Assembly (NCBI GenBank): GCA_043809315.1
Contig: JAZDDX010000016.1
Coordinates: 117,732 to 181,731, forward strand
Length of the DNA: 64,000 bases
Direction of reading: 5' to 3'
Source of the DNA: Pseudomonadota bacterium
Lineage (GTDB): Bacteria > Bdellovibrionota_G > JALEGL01 > DATDPG01
The notes under the pieces were generated by a model. That model was not told the DNA's origin and did not search any database. It saw nothing but the letters and a program-made list of their open reading frames with translations. The first letter of the stretch is position 1. The number at the start of each line of letters is the position of its first letter. Positions 9,339 to 18,850 of this stretch are shown in pieces. The position numbers were made by a program, and so were the translations under genes.

Positions 9339-10207
9339 GGATCTCGATCGTTTCCGCGTGACGGTCGAAAAGGCTCTCGAAGATTATTTCGCCAAGAGCC
9401 TCCCCGCCCCGCGTCTGTCCGAATCAATGAAATACAGCCTGAATGCCGGGGGGAAACGGATCCGCCCGGCCCTGGTATTTGCCGCCTGCACGGCCGCCGG
9501 AGGAAAGACCGAGGATGCCGTACCGGCCGCCTGCGCGCTCGAAATGATTCACACCTATTCCCTCATTCACGACGATCTCCCGGCGATGGACGACGACGAC
9601 CTGAGGAGAGGGAAGCCGACGAACCACAAGATTTTCGGCGACGCCCTCGCGATCCTGGCCGGAGACGGGCTCCTCACCGAAGCGTTCTCCTGCCTTTCCG
9701 ACCCGAACTGGAAGATCCCCGCCGATCGGAAGATCGAGATCGTCCGGATCATCGCCGACGGTGCGGGCGCGAACGGCATGGTAGCGGGTCAGGTGCTCGA
9801 CCTCGAAGCCGAGGGGAAGGGCTGCGACGAACGGACGATCGAGAAGATCCACAAGCACAAGACCGGGAAACTCCTGATCGCGTCGGTCCTAGCCGGCGGC
9901 AAGGCGGGGGGGGGCCGCCGGGGAGAGGTTCGAGCAACTGCGGAAATATGCCGAGGCGATCGGCCTCGCGTTTCAGATCGCGGACGACATCCTCGATCTG
10001 ACGGCGACGACCGAACAGCTCGGAAAAGATTCGAAGAGCGATCTGAAGAAAGGAAAAGCGACCTACCCTTCCCTCCTCGGGCTCGAAGCTTCGAAAGCGC
10101 GCGCAAAAGGGCTTCTGGACGAAGCTCTTCGCGCGATCGCTCCGTTCGGGCCCAAAGGGGAGATGCTCTCCTTCATTGCCCGGTACATCGTCGAACGGCG
10201 GGCGTGA
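9325..10207 (+). pseudogene. ispA: Farnesyl/geranylgeranyl diphosphate synthase with a +1 frameshift in a G9 run (9906-9914); may be a sequencing error
   Basis: GGKRIRP, IHDDLPAMDDDDLRRGKPT and GQ in frame 1. After removing one G the frame continues IGLAFQIADDILD...GKDSKSDLKKGKATYP to TGA 10205-10207. Confidence 0.88.
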
Positions 10208-10944
10208 CCAAGAAACGTCTGGACCAACTCGTTCTCGAGGCGGGGCTCGCCGACACCCGATCCAAAGCCCGCGCTCTGATTCTCGCGGGAGAAATCCTGG
10301 TAGATGGCATTGCTGCCACAAAAGCCGGCATGCTCATTTCCGGGGACACACGACTGAACCTCAATCACCCAGGCCCCAGATACGTCAGCCGCGGCGGGAT
10401 TAAACTGGCCGGCGCGCTCGATCATTTCGGAATCGACCCGACCGGCTGGACCTGCCTTGACGTCGGCGCCTCGACCGGCGGATTCAGCGACTGCTTGCTC
10501 CAACGTGGAGCAGCCAAGATCTTCGCCATCGATGTCGGCAGAGGGCAGCTCGACCCGAAGATCCGGAATGATCCCCGCGTTTCCTGGAAAGAGTCGTTCC
10601 ATGCGAACGATCTGACGCCGGCGACGTTCCCCTCCCCCGTTGATCTCGCGGTGGTCGACGTGTCGTTCATCTCGCTCGAAAAAGTGCTTCCGTTCGTCCT
10701 CCCGTGCATCAAGGCCGGTGGATTTCTCCTGGCGCTCATCAAACCGCAGTTCGAAGCTTCCCCGAAAGAGGTCGGCAAAGGGGGGGTGATCCGGGATGAG
10801 AAGAAGCGGCAGGAGATCGTCGAACGGGTCACGAACTACGCACGAGAGACTCTCCATCTTCAAAAAGTTCAAACGGTCGATTCATCTCTTCCGGGACCGA
10901 AGGGAAACCGGGAGGTTTTCGTTCTCGGAAGACTGGCCGAATAA
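10204..10944 (+). CDS. tlyA: TlyA family rRNA methyltransferase/hemolysin
   Basis: GTG 10204 overlapping the ispA stop; KKRLD S4 domain, YVSRGGIKL, LDVGASTGGF, DVSFISL, LIKPQFE, GPKGNRE. Confidence 0.95.
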   Translation: MTKKRLDQLVLEAGLADTRSKARALILAGEILVDGIAATKAGMLISGDTRLNLNHPGPRYVSRGGIKLAGALDHFGIDPTGWTCLDVGASTGGFSDCLLQRGAAKIFAIDVGRGQLDPKIRNDPRVSWKESFHANDLTPATFPSPVDLAVVDVSFISLEKVLPFVLPCIKAGGFLLALIKPQFEASPKEVGKGGVIRDEKKRQEIVERVTNYARETLHLQKVQTVDSSLPGPKGNREVFVLGRLAE

Positions 10945-11015
10945 CGGCGTAAATCAGCATAGTTGCCGAAAATCGGCTCAGAAGTTGACGCCAAACTCCA
11001 TGTAGACTATAATAA

Positions 11016-11058
11016 TTTCAATCACTTAGCAGACTTGCGATCTTGGCACGGAAGTTGG
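11016..11058 (+). promoter_or_regulatory. Putative IHF site plus sigma54 promoter
   Basis: TTTCAATCACTTA (11016-11028) resembles the IHF consensus WATCAANNNNTTR; TGGCACG-GAAG-TTGG (11044-11058) has a perfect -24 box with GG instead of GC at -12. Confidence 0.55.
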
Positions 11059-11101
11059 GATAGATGGGCGTGTGCAAATGTCATCTCGGAAGGAGAATGT
11101 C

Positions 11102-12325
11102 ATGTTTCGGAAGCCTCTCGCCGTCACTTTGACCCTTTGGCTCGGTCTGGCCTTCACGCTTGGAGCCTGCGCAAAGCAGACGCCGACCACGACAGTGCCC
11201 CCCGCAAATAACACCGATATCAACAAAGCCAAAGAGCTGGCCTGTGCCCAAACGGGAGATACCTGGGACGCCATTCTTCAGATCTGTAAAAACAAGGCAA
11301 GCACCCTCCCCCCTATTCCGACACAGAACCCCGCATCCTGCGCGGCTACGAATACCTGCGGCACCCCGACCCCCCCTCCAGGCCAGGATCTTCACTGGAC
11401 GATTTACAACCCTTGGACGTGGGTTGCCGGCGCAGTAGGCGCGTACGGGCTCTGGTTTCTGGTCCGCGGCGCGTTTCTCCACGGAGGGTGGAGCGCCGAT
11501 CCGTTCCGGTTCGATTCCGATCAGTCCACCACGGCAGGCAGCGGCATTCAATCGACACAGAACTTTGTCACGTTCAGCGACTATGAGGCAGGTTCCGGGG
11601 TGTTCCTGACAAAACCGATCGACGGAATGACCAATCAGGGCAAGTTCTACATGGCGGCGCATGTTCGATCGAAAGATGCGATCGTAATCGGGACCCAGAC
11701 CATGGGGAAAGAATCCTCGGTCTGTCTGAACGGTAAGTTCACTACGGGATCGGTCACGAGCGGGGTCAATAAAGTACCCTTCCAGTACCAGATCGCTCAA
11801 CCCAACTTGGGGCAGGAACGGATCTTCACCAACATTACGGATGTAACGGCTCTCTGCAAAGGGTTTGAGGGGGCATGGATCACCTGGCAAGAGTCAACGG
11901 GTAAATACTATATGCTCGCGGTGAACCCGATCGCTTTGGGGTTCAAACCAACCACCGAGACCAACTGGGCGGACCCCTATGTTGCAGACGGGATGTTCGC
12001 GTTCAGCGACCTGACTGCGGCAAGCGCAAGCTTCGCGTTGGAGAACGTGACCGACCCCACTCAAAGAACAGCCTCTTTCACGATCTCGAACGGAACTGAG
12101 GTGCCCAACCTCGCGACAGTTGTTTCCGACTATGTTTCGGTGTCTAACGCGTTGATGGGACTTTTCTTGTCGGTCAACATGGCCTCTGTCGGCGGCAATA
12201 CTGACCCGCCCACCAGGTACTTAAATGCATTAAAGGTCAAGAAAGTGTTCAAGATGGCCGGCGCGACCGTACCTGAGCTTACTACCGGACCGGCCGCGGC
12301 CGTGGCAACGGACTGGTCGAACTAG
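11102..12325 (+). CDS. Hypothetical lipoprotein with Pro/Thr/Cys-rich N-terminus and internal TM segment
   Basis: SD AAGGAG; lipobox LGA-C; codon usage differs from neighbours. Confidence 0.75.
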   Translation: MFRKPLAVTLTLWLGLAFTLGACAKQTPTTTVPPANNTDINKAKELACAQTGDTWDAILQICKNKASTLPPIPTQNPASCAATNTCGTPTPPPGQDLHWTIYNPWTWVAGAVGAYGLWFLVRGAFLHGGWSADPFRFDSDQSTTAGSGIQSTQNFVTFSDYEAGSGVFLTKPIDGMTNQGKFYMAAHVRSKDAIVIGTQTMGKESSVCLNGKFTTGSVTSGVNKVPFQYQIAQPNLGQERIFTNITDVTALCKGFEGAWITWQESTGKYYMLAVNPIALGFKPTTETNWADPYVADGMFAFSDLTAASASFALENVTDPTQRTASFTISNGTEVPNLATVVSDYVSVSNALMGLFLSVNMASVGGNTDPPTRYLNALKVKKVFKMAGATVPELTTGPAAAVATDWSN

Positions 12326-12349
12326 AGATCCTTCGTCGTCAGGCCGTAC
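12326..12349. repeat. 24-bp direct repeat, copy 1 (duplicate of the 3' end of the sigma54 activator gene)
   Basis: AGATCCTTCGTCGTCAGGCCGTAC, identical to 13663-13686. Confidence 0.95.
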
Positions 12350-12364
12350 GTCTCGCTCCGGTTC

Positions 12365-13603
12365 TTATCCCCGAAGATCCCACGGGATCGCGTAATCACG
12401 CTCTGAAATCTGCTCGATCTCTTCGACGGGGGCCACGATCAGCCCCTTCGCGATCCGCGCGCCCGGGAACGCCTCTCGAAACGACTGGATCCCGCGCGCG
12501 TCCCTCTTCGTCAGGTTCCGCTTTCCCTTCACTTCAATCGGATAGAGCGTTCCGTCCCGTTCCAGGACAAGATCCACTTCCGCCCCCCCGTGGGACCGCC
12601 AGTGATACAGGTGCGGCGGAGTCCTCATCACCCCGCAGAGCTTCCGGACCTCGCCAAACACGGCGCTCTCGAACACCGAACCCCAGGCCGGATGACTCTC
12701 CAGCGCCAGGGGGGATGAAATCGCGAGCGCATGACAGACCAGTCCGGTGTCCGCGAAGTGTCCCTTCGGGGTGCCGCTCACTCGCTTGATGCTGTTCCGA
12801 GAATAAGCGGGCAGCTCGAACCATTGAAACGTTGCCGTAAGAATCGCGAGCCACCGTTGAGCCGTCTGCGGCGTCACCCCGATCTCGCGCCCCAACTCGC
12901 TGTAATTGATCTCTTGCGCCGTCAGCGCCGCGACAAGGCGGACAAAACGAAGAAATAGACCGAGATTCGAGATGTCCGCCATCTGCCGCACATCCCGTTC
13001 GATGTAGGTTCTTTCGTACCCCTTCCAGAAATCGGGAACCGACCCCACGGACGAAAGATGCGCCTCCGGAAGCCAGCCTTTCCAGAGCTGCGCATACAGC
13101 TTCACACCGTGACGCCGGAACTCCTTCCGCCGCCGGAGAAACCGTTCTGGGTTCGAAAGCCACCGATCGAGCCACGACGTCCCGACCCCTGCCGAACCGA
13201 TCTCCCCGAGCGAGAAACCTTCCAGATCGATGAAACCCACCCGCCCGGCGAGACTTTCAGCCAGCGCTTTCATGACATTCCACTGCTGTGAGCCGGTCAG
13301 GAAGTACTGCCCTCTGCGACCCTTTCGATCCACTCTGCGCTTCAGCGCGGCGACCAGTTGCGGAATGTACTGGATCTCATCCAGGATCAGAGGAGTCCCA
13401 TGGCTCTCCAGAAACAGTTCCGGATCCTCTCGGGCTCGCCCGACATCGATCAACGGATCGAATACGACCTGCTCGGCGCGGTCCCCAAAGGTCTTCGCGA
13501 GAAGCGTGCTCTTTCCCACTTGCCGGGCTCCGGTAACGGCAACGACGGGAAAAGAGCGGGATAGTCGCACGAGGCGGGCTGCGATCGTTCGCGGGATGTA
13601 CAT
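12365..13603 (-). CDS. AAA+ ATPase (AAA_14) with DUF4143 and C-terminal PD-(D/E)xK-like motif
   Basis: GARQVGKST Walker A, ILDEIQ Walker B, LTGS, ESLAGR, TYIERD, DTGL, EVDLV...PIEVK. Confidence 0.92.
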   Translation of the reverse strand: MYIPRTIAARLVRLSRSFPVVAVTGARQVGKSTLLAKTFGDRAEQVVFDPLIDVGRAREDPELFLESHGTPLILDEIQYIPQLVAALKRRVDRKGRRGQYFLTGSQQWNVMKALAESLAGRVGFIDLEGFSLGEIGSAGVGTSWLDRWLSNPERFLRRRKEFRRHGVKLYAQLWKGWLPEAHLSSVGSVPDFWKGYERTYIERDVRQMADISNLGLFLRFVRLVAALTAQEINYSELGREIGVTPQTAQRWLAILTATFQWFELPAYSRNSIKRVSGTPKGHFADTGLVCHALAISSPLALESHPAWGSVFESAVFGEVRKLCGVMRTPPHLYHWRSHGGAEVDLVLERDGTLYPIEVKGKRNLTKRDARGIQSFREAFPGARIAKGLIVAPVEEIEQISERDYAIPWDLRG

Positions 13604-13604
13604 A

Positions 13605-13641
13605 CCTCGATTTTTAATGATCTAATCATCAAAAATCAAGG
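13605..13641. promoter_or_regulatory. 37-bp imperfect palindrome over the promoter/RBS of the AAA-DUF4143 gene (putative operator)
   Basis: CCTCGATTTTTAATGA-TCTAA-TCATCAAAAATCAAGG; arms match at 14/16. Confidence 0.55.
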
Positions 13642-13658
13642 TAAAAAATTCCTTGACT

Positions 13659-15062
13659 TTACAGATCCTTCGTCGTCAGGCCGTACTTCTTGAGCAACCG
13701 CTGCACCGATTTGCGGTCGATGCCGGCCTGCTTGGCGGCCTTTGAGATGTTCATGTTGTTGCGGCGTAATACTTCAACGAGATAGTCCTTCTCGAACCCC
13801 TCGATCCATTTCTCTTTCGCCTCCTTGAATGGCAGCGCGCCGTCCATCGACGGGTGGGCCTGCGTCACGATCGAGCGCTCCTGGATGTAATCGGGAAGGT
13901 TGATCACGTCGATTTCCTGCCCCTCGCAGAAGCTGAACGCCCGGTCGATCGCGTTCTTGAGTTCCCGCACGTTCCCCGGCCACTGGTACTCCTGCAAGAG
14001 CCTCGACGCGTCCGGCGAAATCCCGGTGATGTGCTTCGCCGCATCGGCCGTCTTCTGCGCCATCTCGAAGAAGTGGTTCACCAAGAGCGGGATGTCGTCC
14101 AACCGCTTCCTAAGGGCCGGAACATAGAGCTGCACCACCGAAACACGGAAGAAGAGATCCTCGCGGAACCTCCCCTTCTTCACCTCATCTTTGAGATTCC
14201 GGTTCGTCGCCGCCACTACGCGCACGTCGACTTTGCGCGGCCGGTCCGCCCCGACCCGCTTCACTTCCCCGGTCTCCAGAGCCCGAAGCAGCTTCGGCTG
14301 AAGGTCGAGGGAAAGCTCGCCGATCTCGTCCAGGAAGATCGTCCCGTTGTCCGCCAGCTCGAACGCCCCCTGCCGCGTCGTCGTCGCACCGGTGAACGAC
14401 CCCCGTTCGTGCCCGAACAGCTCGCTCTCGATCAGGTTCTCCGCCACCGCTCCGCAATCAAAGACTATGAACGGGTTCCGCGCCCGCTTCGAGTGCTGGT
14501 GGAGCGCCTTCGCTACCAATTCTTTGCCGGTCCCCGTTTCGCCGACCACCACCACCGTCACGTTCGTCGGCGCGATCTTCTCGAGAACGCCGAATATCTT
14601 CCGCATCTCGAGCGACCGCCCGATCAGATCCCCGAACCGCGTTTTTTTCGACGGGTAGATCTCGAGCTGCTCATCCTGCGGGATGAACTTGATCCGGGTT
14701 TTGCCGATCTTGATGATCGAGTTGGCGCTCAAAAACGCCTCTTTGACCTTGAGACCTCCCACGAATGTCCCGTTCGTGGAGCCGAGGTCGCGGATCAGGT
14801 ACCCCTCTTTCGTCTTCACGATCTCCGCGTGGTTCCGGGAGACCGTCTCGTCCTTGATCTGGAGGTCGCACCCTTCCGACGTCCCGATCGAGATCGTCCC
14901 CTTGTCGACCGTGAATTCCCGGGCTCCGCCGTCCCCCTCGACGATCGAGATCTTGCTCTTCGGCAGAAGCAGGGTGGTCGGTTGTTCGCTGGCGTGGATG
15001 ACTTTCGTTTCGGCTCGGGTCACAGTTTGACCATGATACCGGGACTCCCCGGCACCGATCAA
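13659..15062 (-). CDS. Sigma54-dependent transcriptional activator with N-terminal FHA domain and Fis HTH (start may be GTG 15023)
   Basis: VSRNHAEI/DLGSTNGT FHA; GETGTGKE, ESELFGHERGSFTGA, FLDEIGE, FREDLFFR, WPGNVREL; C-terminal HTH. Confidence 0.95.
   Translation of the reverse strand: MIGAGESRYHGQTVTRAETKVIHASEQPTTLLLPKSKISIVEGDGGAREFTVDKGTISIGTSEGCDLQIKDETVSRNHAEIVKTKEGYLIRDLGSTNGTFVGGLKVKEAFLSANSIIKIGKTRIKFIPQDEQLEIYPSKKTRFGDLIGRSLEMRKIFGVLEKIAPTNVTVVVVGETGTGKELVAKALHQHSKRARNPFIVFDCGAVAENLIESELFGHERGSFTGATTTRQGAFELADNGTIFLDEIGELSLDLQPKLLRALETGEVKRVGADRPRKVDVRVVAATNRNLKDEVKKGRFREDLFFRVSVVQLYVPALRKRLDDIPLLVNHFFEMAQKTADAAKHITGISPDASRLLQEYQWPGNVRELKNAIDRAFSFCEGQEIDVINLPDYIQERSIVTQAHPSMDGALPFKEAKEKWIEGFEKDYLVEVLRRNNMNISKAAKQAGIDRKSVQRLLKKYGLTTKDL
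13663..13686. repeat. 24-bp direct repeat, copy 2
   Basis: Identical to 12326-12349; encodes the YGLTTKDL end of the activator. Confidence 0.95.
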
Positions 15063-15090
15063 CCGTTTTCTGCGGAATTCCTGTCGCAGT

Positions 15091-15450
15091 TTAAGGGGGA
15101 GTCCACAGAGCGTGAAAACGCTCCGCCATCAGGGAAAGAAGGATGTCGTCGCGGAGTGACTTCGCGACCCCCTCCATCCGCTCGAAGCGGATCCCGAACC
15201 CCGATTTCCCGCCATGGAAAAAATTATCCCGCATCCGGACGACGCGACCCACGACCGGGGCCGAAACGGTCCCGTTCGAGAGGGTGAACTGAAACGGCGT
15301 GCCGATCGGCAAGACATTCTGACTTTCAATGTAGGCGCCGTAACGGGAGAGGTCGGTGATGAAACCGAAGTTCATCCCTTCCTTATCGACCGTCACGATC
15401 CCGAGGTGTGAGGGGAAGCGTCGCGCCGAACGACGCTCACGGATCTCCAT
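15091..15450 (-). CDS. PilZ domain protein
   Basis: ERRSARRF (RxxxR), DLSRYG (D/NxSxxG), GFGIRF. Confidence 0.85.
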   Translation of the reverse strand: MEIRERRSARRFPSHLGIVTVDKEGMNFGFITDLSRYGAYIESQNVLPIGTPFQFTLSNGTVSAPVVGRVVRMRDNFFHGGKSGFGIRFERMEGVAKSLRDDILLSLMAERFHALWTPP

Positions 15451-15499
15451 TCGTCCTCCCGCCACCACACCTGCTCCTTACCACAGGTGACGGGTAGCG

Positions 15500-16792
15500 T
15501 CATCCGGAATTCTTGCTTGACACCGCCGGTTTGAAAACGTCCCACGTCTTCAGGTATTCCACCGCCCGCCGCAACTGGATGTCGCTGTCGACGGCGGTCT
15601 CTCCCCGCTTTGCCTGCAGTTTCTTCGTGTCCGGCTTCTTCGCGACCGCCGGCGCCTCGATATGCCCCTTGAGATCCCGTTCACGGAGGGTTCCGGTGTC
15701 GGCCATGGGGGGTGGGACCTCGGAGACCTCGATGTCGGGGGTGATCCCCTGCGCCTGGATCGAGCGGCCGTTCGGCGTGTAATAGCGCGCGATCGTCACC
15801 TTGAGCGCGCTCCCGTCCTCGAGATCGATGATCGTCTGCACCGATCCCTTGCCGAACGTCTGATCTCCCAGGATCACGGAGCGTTTGTGATCCTGCAGCG
15901 CCCCGGCTACGATCTCGGAGGCCGATGCGCTCCCCACGTTGACCAACGTGATCATCGGAACCGGCTTCCAGGTCCCCTCCTTGTGCGCCATCTTCACCTC
16001 CTGGAACGCCCCTTTCCTTCCCATCGTCGAGACGATCACGCCGGACTCGAGGAAAACGTCCGCCACGCGGATCGCCTGCTCGAGAAGCCCCCCCGGATTG
16101 TTCCGGAGATCGAGGATGATCCCCTTGAGTTCCTTCTTCCCCGTTTCTTTCTCGATCCTTTCCAGATGCCTGGTCAGCTCCCGGTCGGTCTTTTCCTGGA
16201 AACTCTTGATCCGGAGGTACCCGTACCCCGGCTCCAGAAGCTCGGAGGAGACTGACTTGATCCCGATCTTCTCCCGCGTGAGCGTCACCTCGTATGCCTC
16301 GGTCGCATCCTTATGCTGGAGCTGGATCGTCACCTTGGAGCCTTGCGGTCCTTTCAGTTTCTTGACCGCTTCCAGAAGGAACATCCCTTTGGTCGGCGTC
16401 CCGTTGATCTTCAAGATCGTGTCCCCCGCCTTGATCCCGGCACGGTCGGCCGGAGAATCCTCGATCGGCGCCACGATGGTGAGCGCCTCGTTCTTCACCG
16501 ACAGCTCGATCCCGACCCCTTCGAACTCCCCCGACGTGTCCTCCTTGAGCTCCCGGTAGAGGTTCGGGGGCATGTACATCGTGTGCGGATCGAGGGAGGA
16601 GACCATCCCCCGGATCCCGTTGTCGATCAGCTCTTCGTCGCTGACGTCTTCGATGTAGTTCGTATCGATGTAACTTAACACCTTCGCGAAGACCTCGAGC
16701 TTCCGGTAGACCTTCGCATCGGCGGCCCGGGCGAGCCCCGGAGCCGCAAGCGTCAAGACCGCGATCCCGATCCAGAATCGTTTCGATTTCAT
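15500..16792 (-). CDS. ctpA: Carboxyl-terminal processing protease, S41 family
   Basis: LDPHT, PDZ GVGI, DLRNNPGG, SASASEI, TFGKGSVQ, GITPD. Confidence 0.95.
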   Translation of the reverse strand: MKSKRFWIGIAVLTLAAPGLARAADAKVYRKLEVFAKVLSYIDTNYIEDVSDEELIDNGIRGMVSSLDPHTMYMPPNLYRELKEDTSGEFEGVGIELSVKNEALTIVAPIEDSPADRAGIKAGDTILKINGTPTKGMFLLEAVKKLKGPQGSKVTIQLQHKDATEAYEVTLTREKIGIKSVSSELLEPGYGYLRIKSFQEKTDRELTRHLERIEKETGKKELKGIILDLRNNPGGLLEQAIRVADVFLESGVIVSTMGRKGAFQEVKMAHKEGTWKPVPMITLVNVGSASASEIVAGALQDHKRSVILGDQTFGKGSVQTIIDLEDGSALKVTIARYYTPNGRSIQAQGITPDIEVSEVPPPMADTGTLRERDLKGHIEAPAVAKKPDTKKLQAKRGETAVDSDIQLRRAVEYLKTWDVFKPAVSSKNSG

Positions 16793-16808
16793 CGTTCCTC
16801 TCCCTTTC

Positions 16809-17948
16809 TCACGAACTTCCCCTTCCGAACCACGGCCACGGGTCTTCGGAGATCCCTTTTTTGCGAAGCTCGAAGTAAAGATACGACCCCTTCAGCGACC
16901 CGGTGTCCCCGACCTGGCCGACCGTCTCCCCCGCCGCCACCTTCTCCCCGACCCCCTTCTCGGTCGTCGAGAGGTGGGCGTACAGCGTGAAGTACCCGCC
17001 TCCGTGATCGAGGATCAGAACCTTACCATACCCGACGAACCACCCGGCGTAGACCACCTTCCCGTCGAATACCGCCCGGACCTCCGACCCCTCCCGCGCG
17101 CGGAGATCGATCCCTTTGTTGTACATCCGGATCTTGAGTCTCCCGTCGGTGTACGGCCCGTACGACCGTTCCAGCACACCACGGACCGGCAGCGAAAGCC
17201 TACCGCGCATCCGGGCGAAGAGAGAATCCCCCTCGCTTTCACCCCCGCGCAGCGCCTCGATCAGTTTCTGCAAATCCCTCGACGCCTGCGTGAGCTCCCG
17301 CACGCTCTGCTCGTAGTACTCGCGTTGCGTCCGGACCAGCGAGAGGAGCTTGCTGCGCGCCTCCCTCTCCCGACTCAAGTCTCTCCGTCCCGCATCCAGG
17401 TCGGCGAGAACCTTCAGATGTTTCTTCTGGCTTAAGGTGAGCGACGCGCGCCGGCCGAGAAGTTCCTCCGCCTTCCGCTGGTACTCCTGGATCGCGATAC
17501 GGTCGGAATCGATCCAGTGCCGCACGAGCCACCATCGCTCCCGAAACTCGTTCGGGGAGCGGGACGAAAGGACCACGCGGACCAGAGAGGGTTTCTTTCG
17601 CACGTACATGCTCCGCAGGCGGTGGCGGAGCTGGGATTTTCCCGACTCGATCGATTGTTCCAACTTGGCGATCGCGCTCTCGGTCGTCCCGATCCTCTCC
17701 GCCGTCTCCCGTCTCTCTTTCTCCAGGCGGACGATCTGGTCGTTCAGCCGCTCGATCCGGGAGGAGAAGATCCCCAATTCGGTGTGAAGCGATCGTTCGC
17801 GGACGGAAAGGGTCTTGAGCTGCCCGCGTTGCTCCCCGATTTTCTGTTGATACGTTCGGAGGTTCTTCTGCTTCTCGTCGAGCACCCGATCGGCCTGGAC
17901 CGGCAAAGCCCAGAGAAAGAGCATCGCCGCGACCCACCCCCGTTTCAT
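16809..17948 (-). CDS. envC: Murein hydrolase activator EnvC (coiled coil + M23)
   Basis: Signal peptide, long coiled coil, NKGIDL...YAHL...LYFELR; downstream of ftsEX. Confidence 0.88.
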   Translation of the reverse strand: MKRGWVAAMLFLWALPVQADRVLDEKQKNLRTYQQKIGEQRGQLKTLSVRERSLHTELGIFSSRIERLNDQIVRLEKERRETAERIGTTESAIAKLEQSIESGKSQLRHRLRSMYVRKKPSLVRVVLSSRSPNEFRERWWLVRHWIDSDRIAIQEYQRKAEELLGRRASLTLSQKKHLKVLADLDAGRRDLSREREARSKLLSLVRTQREYYEQSVRELTQASRDLQKLIEALRGGESEGDSLFARMRGRLSLPVRGVLERSYGPYTDGRLKIRMYNKGIDLRAREGSEVRAVFDGKVVYAGWFVGYGKVLILDHGGGYFTLYAHLSTTEKGVGEKVAAGETVGQVGDTGSLKGSYLYFELRKKGISEDPWPWFGRGSS

Positions 17949-18850
17949 GACCGGAGAAATTTCCCCACGGCGAGCGCGCTCCCGACGAAACCTAAGAGAA
18001 CTCCCGCCAGAATCGCGACTCCTTGCGCCGACAGCGAAAGAAAACGGAAATCGACCGGAAGCAGCCCATCGAAATGCATCGTCGCGTACTGCTTCCCGTA
18101 TTCGAACCCGAGACGGACGGCGGCGGTGGCGAGAAGCGCCCCCATCCCCCCTTGGAACATCCCCTCGATCAGAAATGGGGCGCGGATCGTCCGATCGGTC
18201 GCCCCAACGAGGCTTAGAATCTCGATCTCATCCCGCTTCGCATGAACCAGGATCCGGATCGTGTTGAACACGACGAAAACGGCCGCCGACCCAAGCGCCA
18301 AAGCGACGATGACGAAAAGGGTGTCGACGAAACCCAGAAGTCGGATCCATTGGACGAGCCATTCCCCCCCTTCTTCGACACCGTCGACCTGCGGGAGGGC
18401 CGACACGCGGCCGGTGAACTCCCGGAGCGCCTGGGTGTCCCGGAATCGCGGATCGATCTCGATTCGGAGCGAGGCCGGAAAGGGATTCTCGCCCAACGTC
18501 GAGACCGCCGACGCGAGATCCGGGTTCGCCTCGAGAAACCGTTTCCGCGCCTCGGACGAAGAGCGGAAGTCGCAGGCTCGCACGAACGATGCCCGGCAGG
18601 CGGTCCTCTCCATCTCCTCCCGTCCCACCGCTTCCCCCCCGTCCTTCAGATACACCGTCATCTCCGTCTGCCCTCGCGTCCCGAGGAAAAGGCCGCGGAC
18701 GTTCCAGAACAGGAGAAACCCTCCCTCGAAGACCAGGAAGACGGTGGCGATCGTCGAGATCGTGAGCAGATGCAGCTTCCAGCCGCTCCGAAGGTTCCGC
18801 AGGGCCGTGGAGATCGCGTATCCGGTCACGCGGGCCGAACGGGGGATCAA
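17945..18850 (-). CDS. ftsX: Cell division permease FtsX
   Basis: NPFPAS, NTIRIL...RDEIEILSLVGAT...PFLIEG. Confidence 0.92.
   Translation of the reverse strand: MIPRSARVTGYAISTALRNLRSGWKLHLLTISTIATVFLVFEGGFLLFWNVRGLFLGTRGQTEMTVYLKDGGEAVGREEMERTACRASFVRACDFRSSSEARKRFLEANPDLASAVSTLGENPFPASLRIEIDPRFRDTQALREFTGRVSALPQVDGVEEGGEWLVQWIRLLGFVDTLFVIVALALGSAAVFVVFNTIRILVHAKRDEIEILSLVGATDRTIRAPFLIEGMFQGGMGALLATAAVRLGFEYGKQYATMHFDGLLPVDFRFLSLSAQGVAILAGVLLGFVGSALAVGKFLRS

Noticed and set aside
9172-10944. 590-aa ORF as a genuine IspA-TlyA fusion gene
   Set aside because: The middle third is out-of-frame IspA caused by the G9 run; tlyA has its own GTG start.
16809-17200. Missing first His of the M23 motif (NKGID) as pseudogenisation
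   Set aside because: Degenerate LytM sites are normal for EnvC activators.
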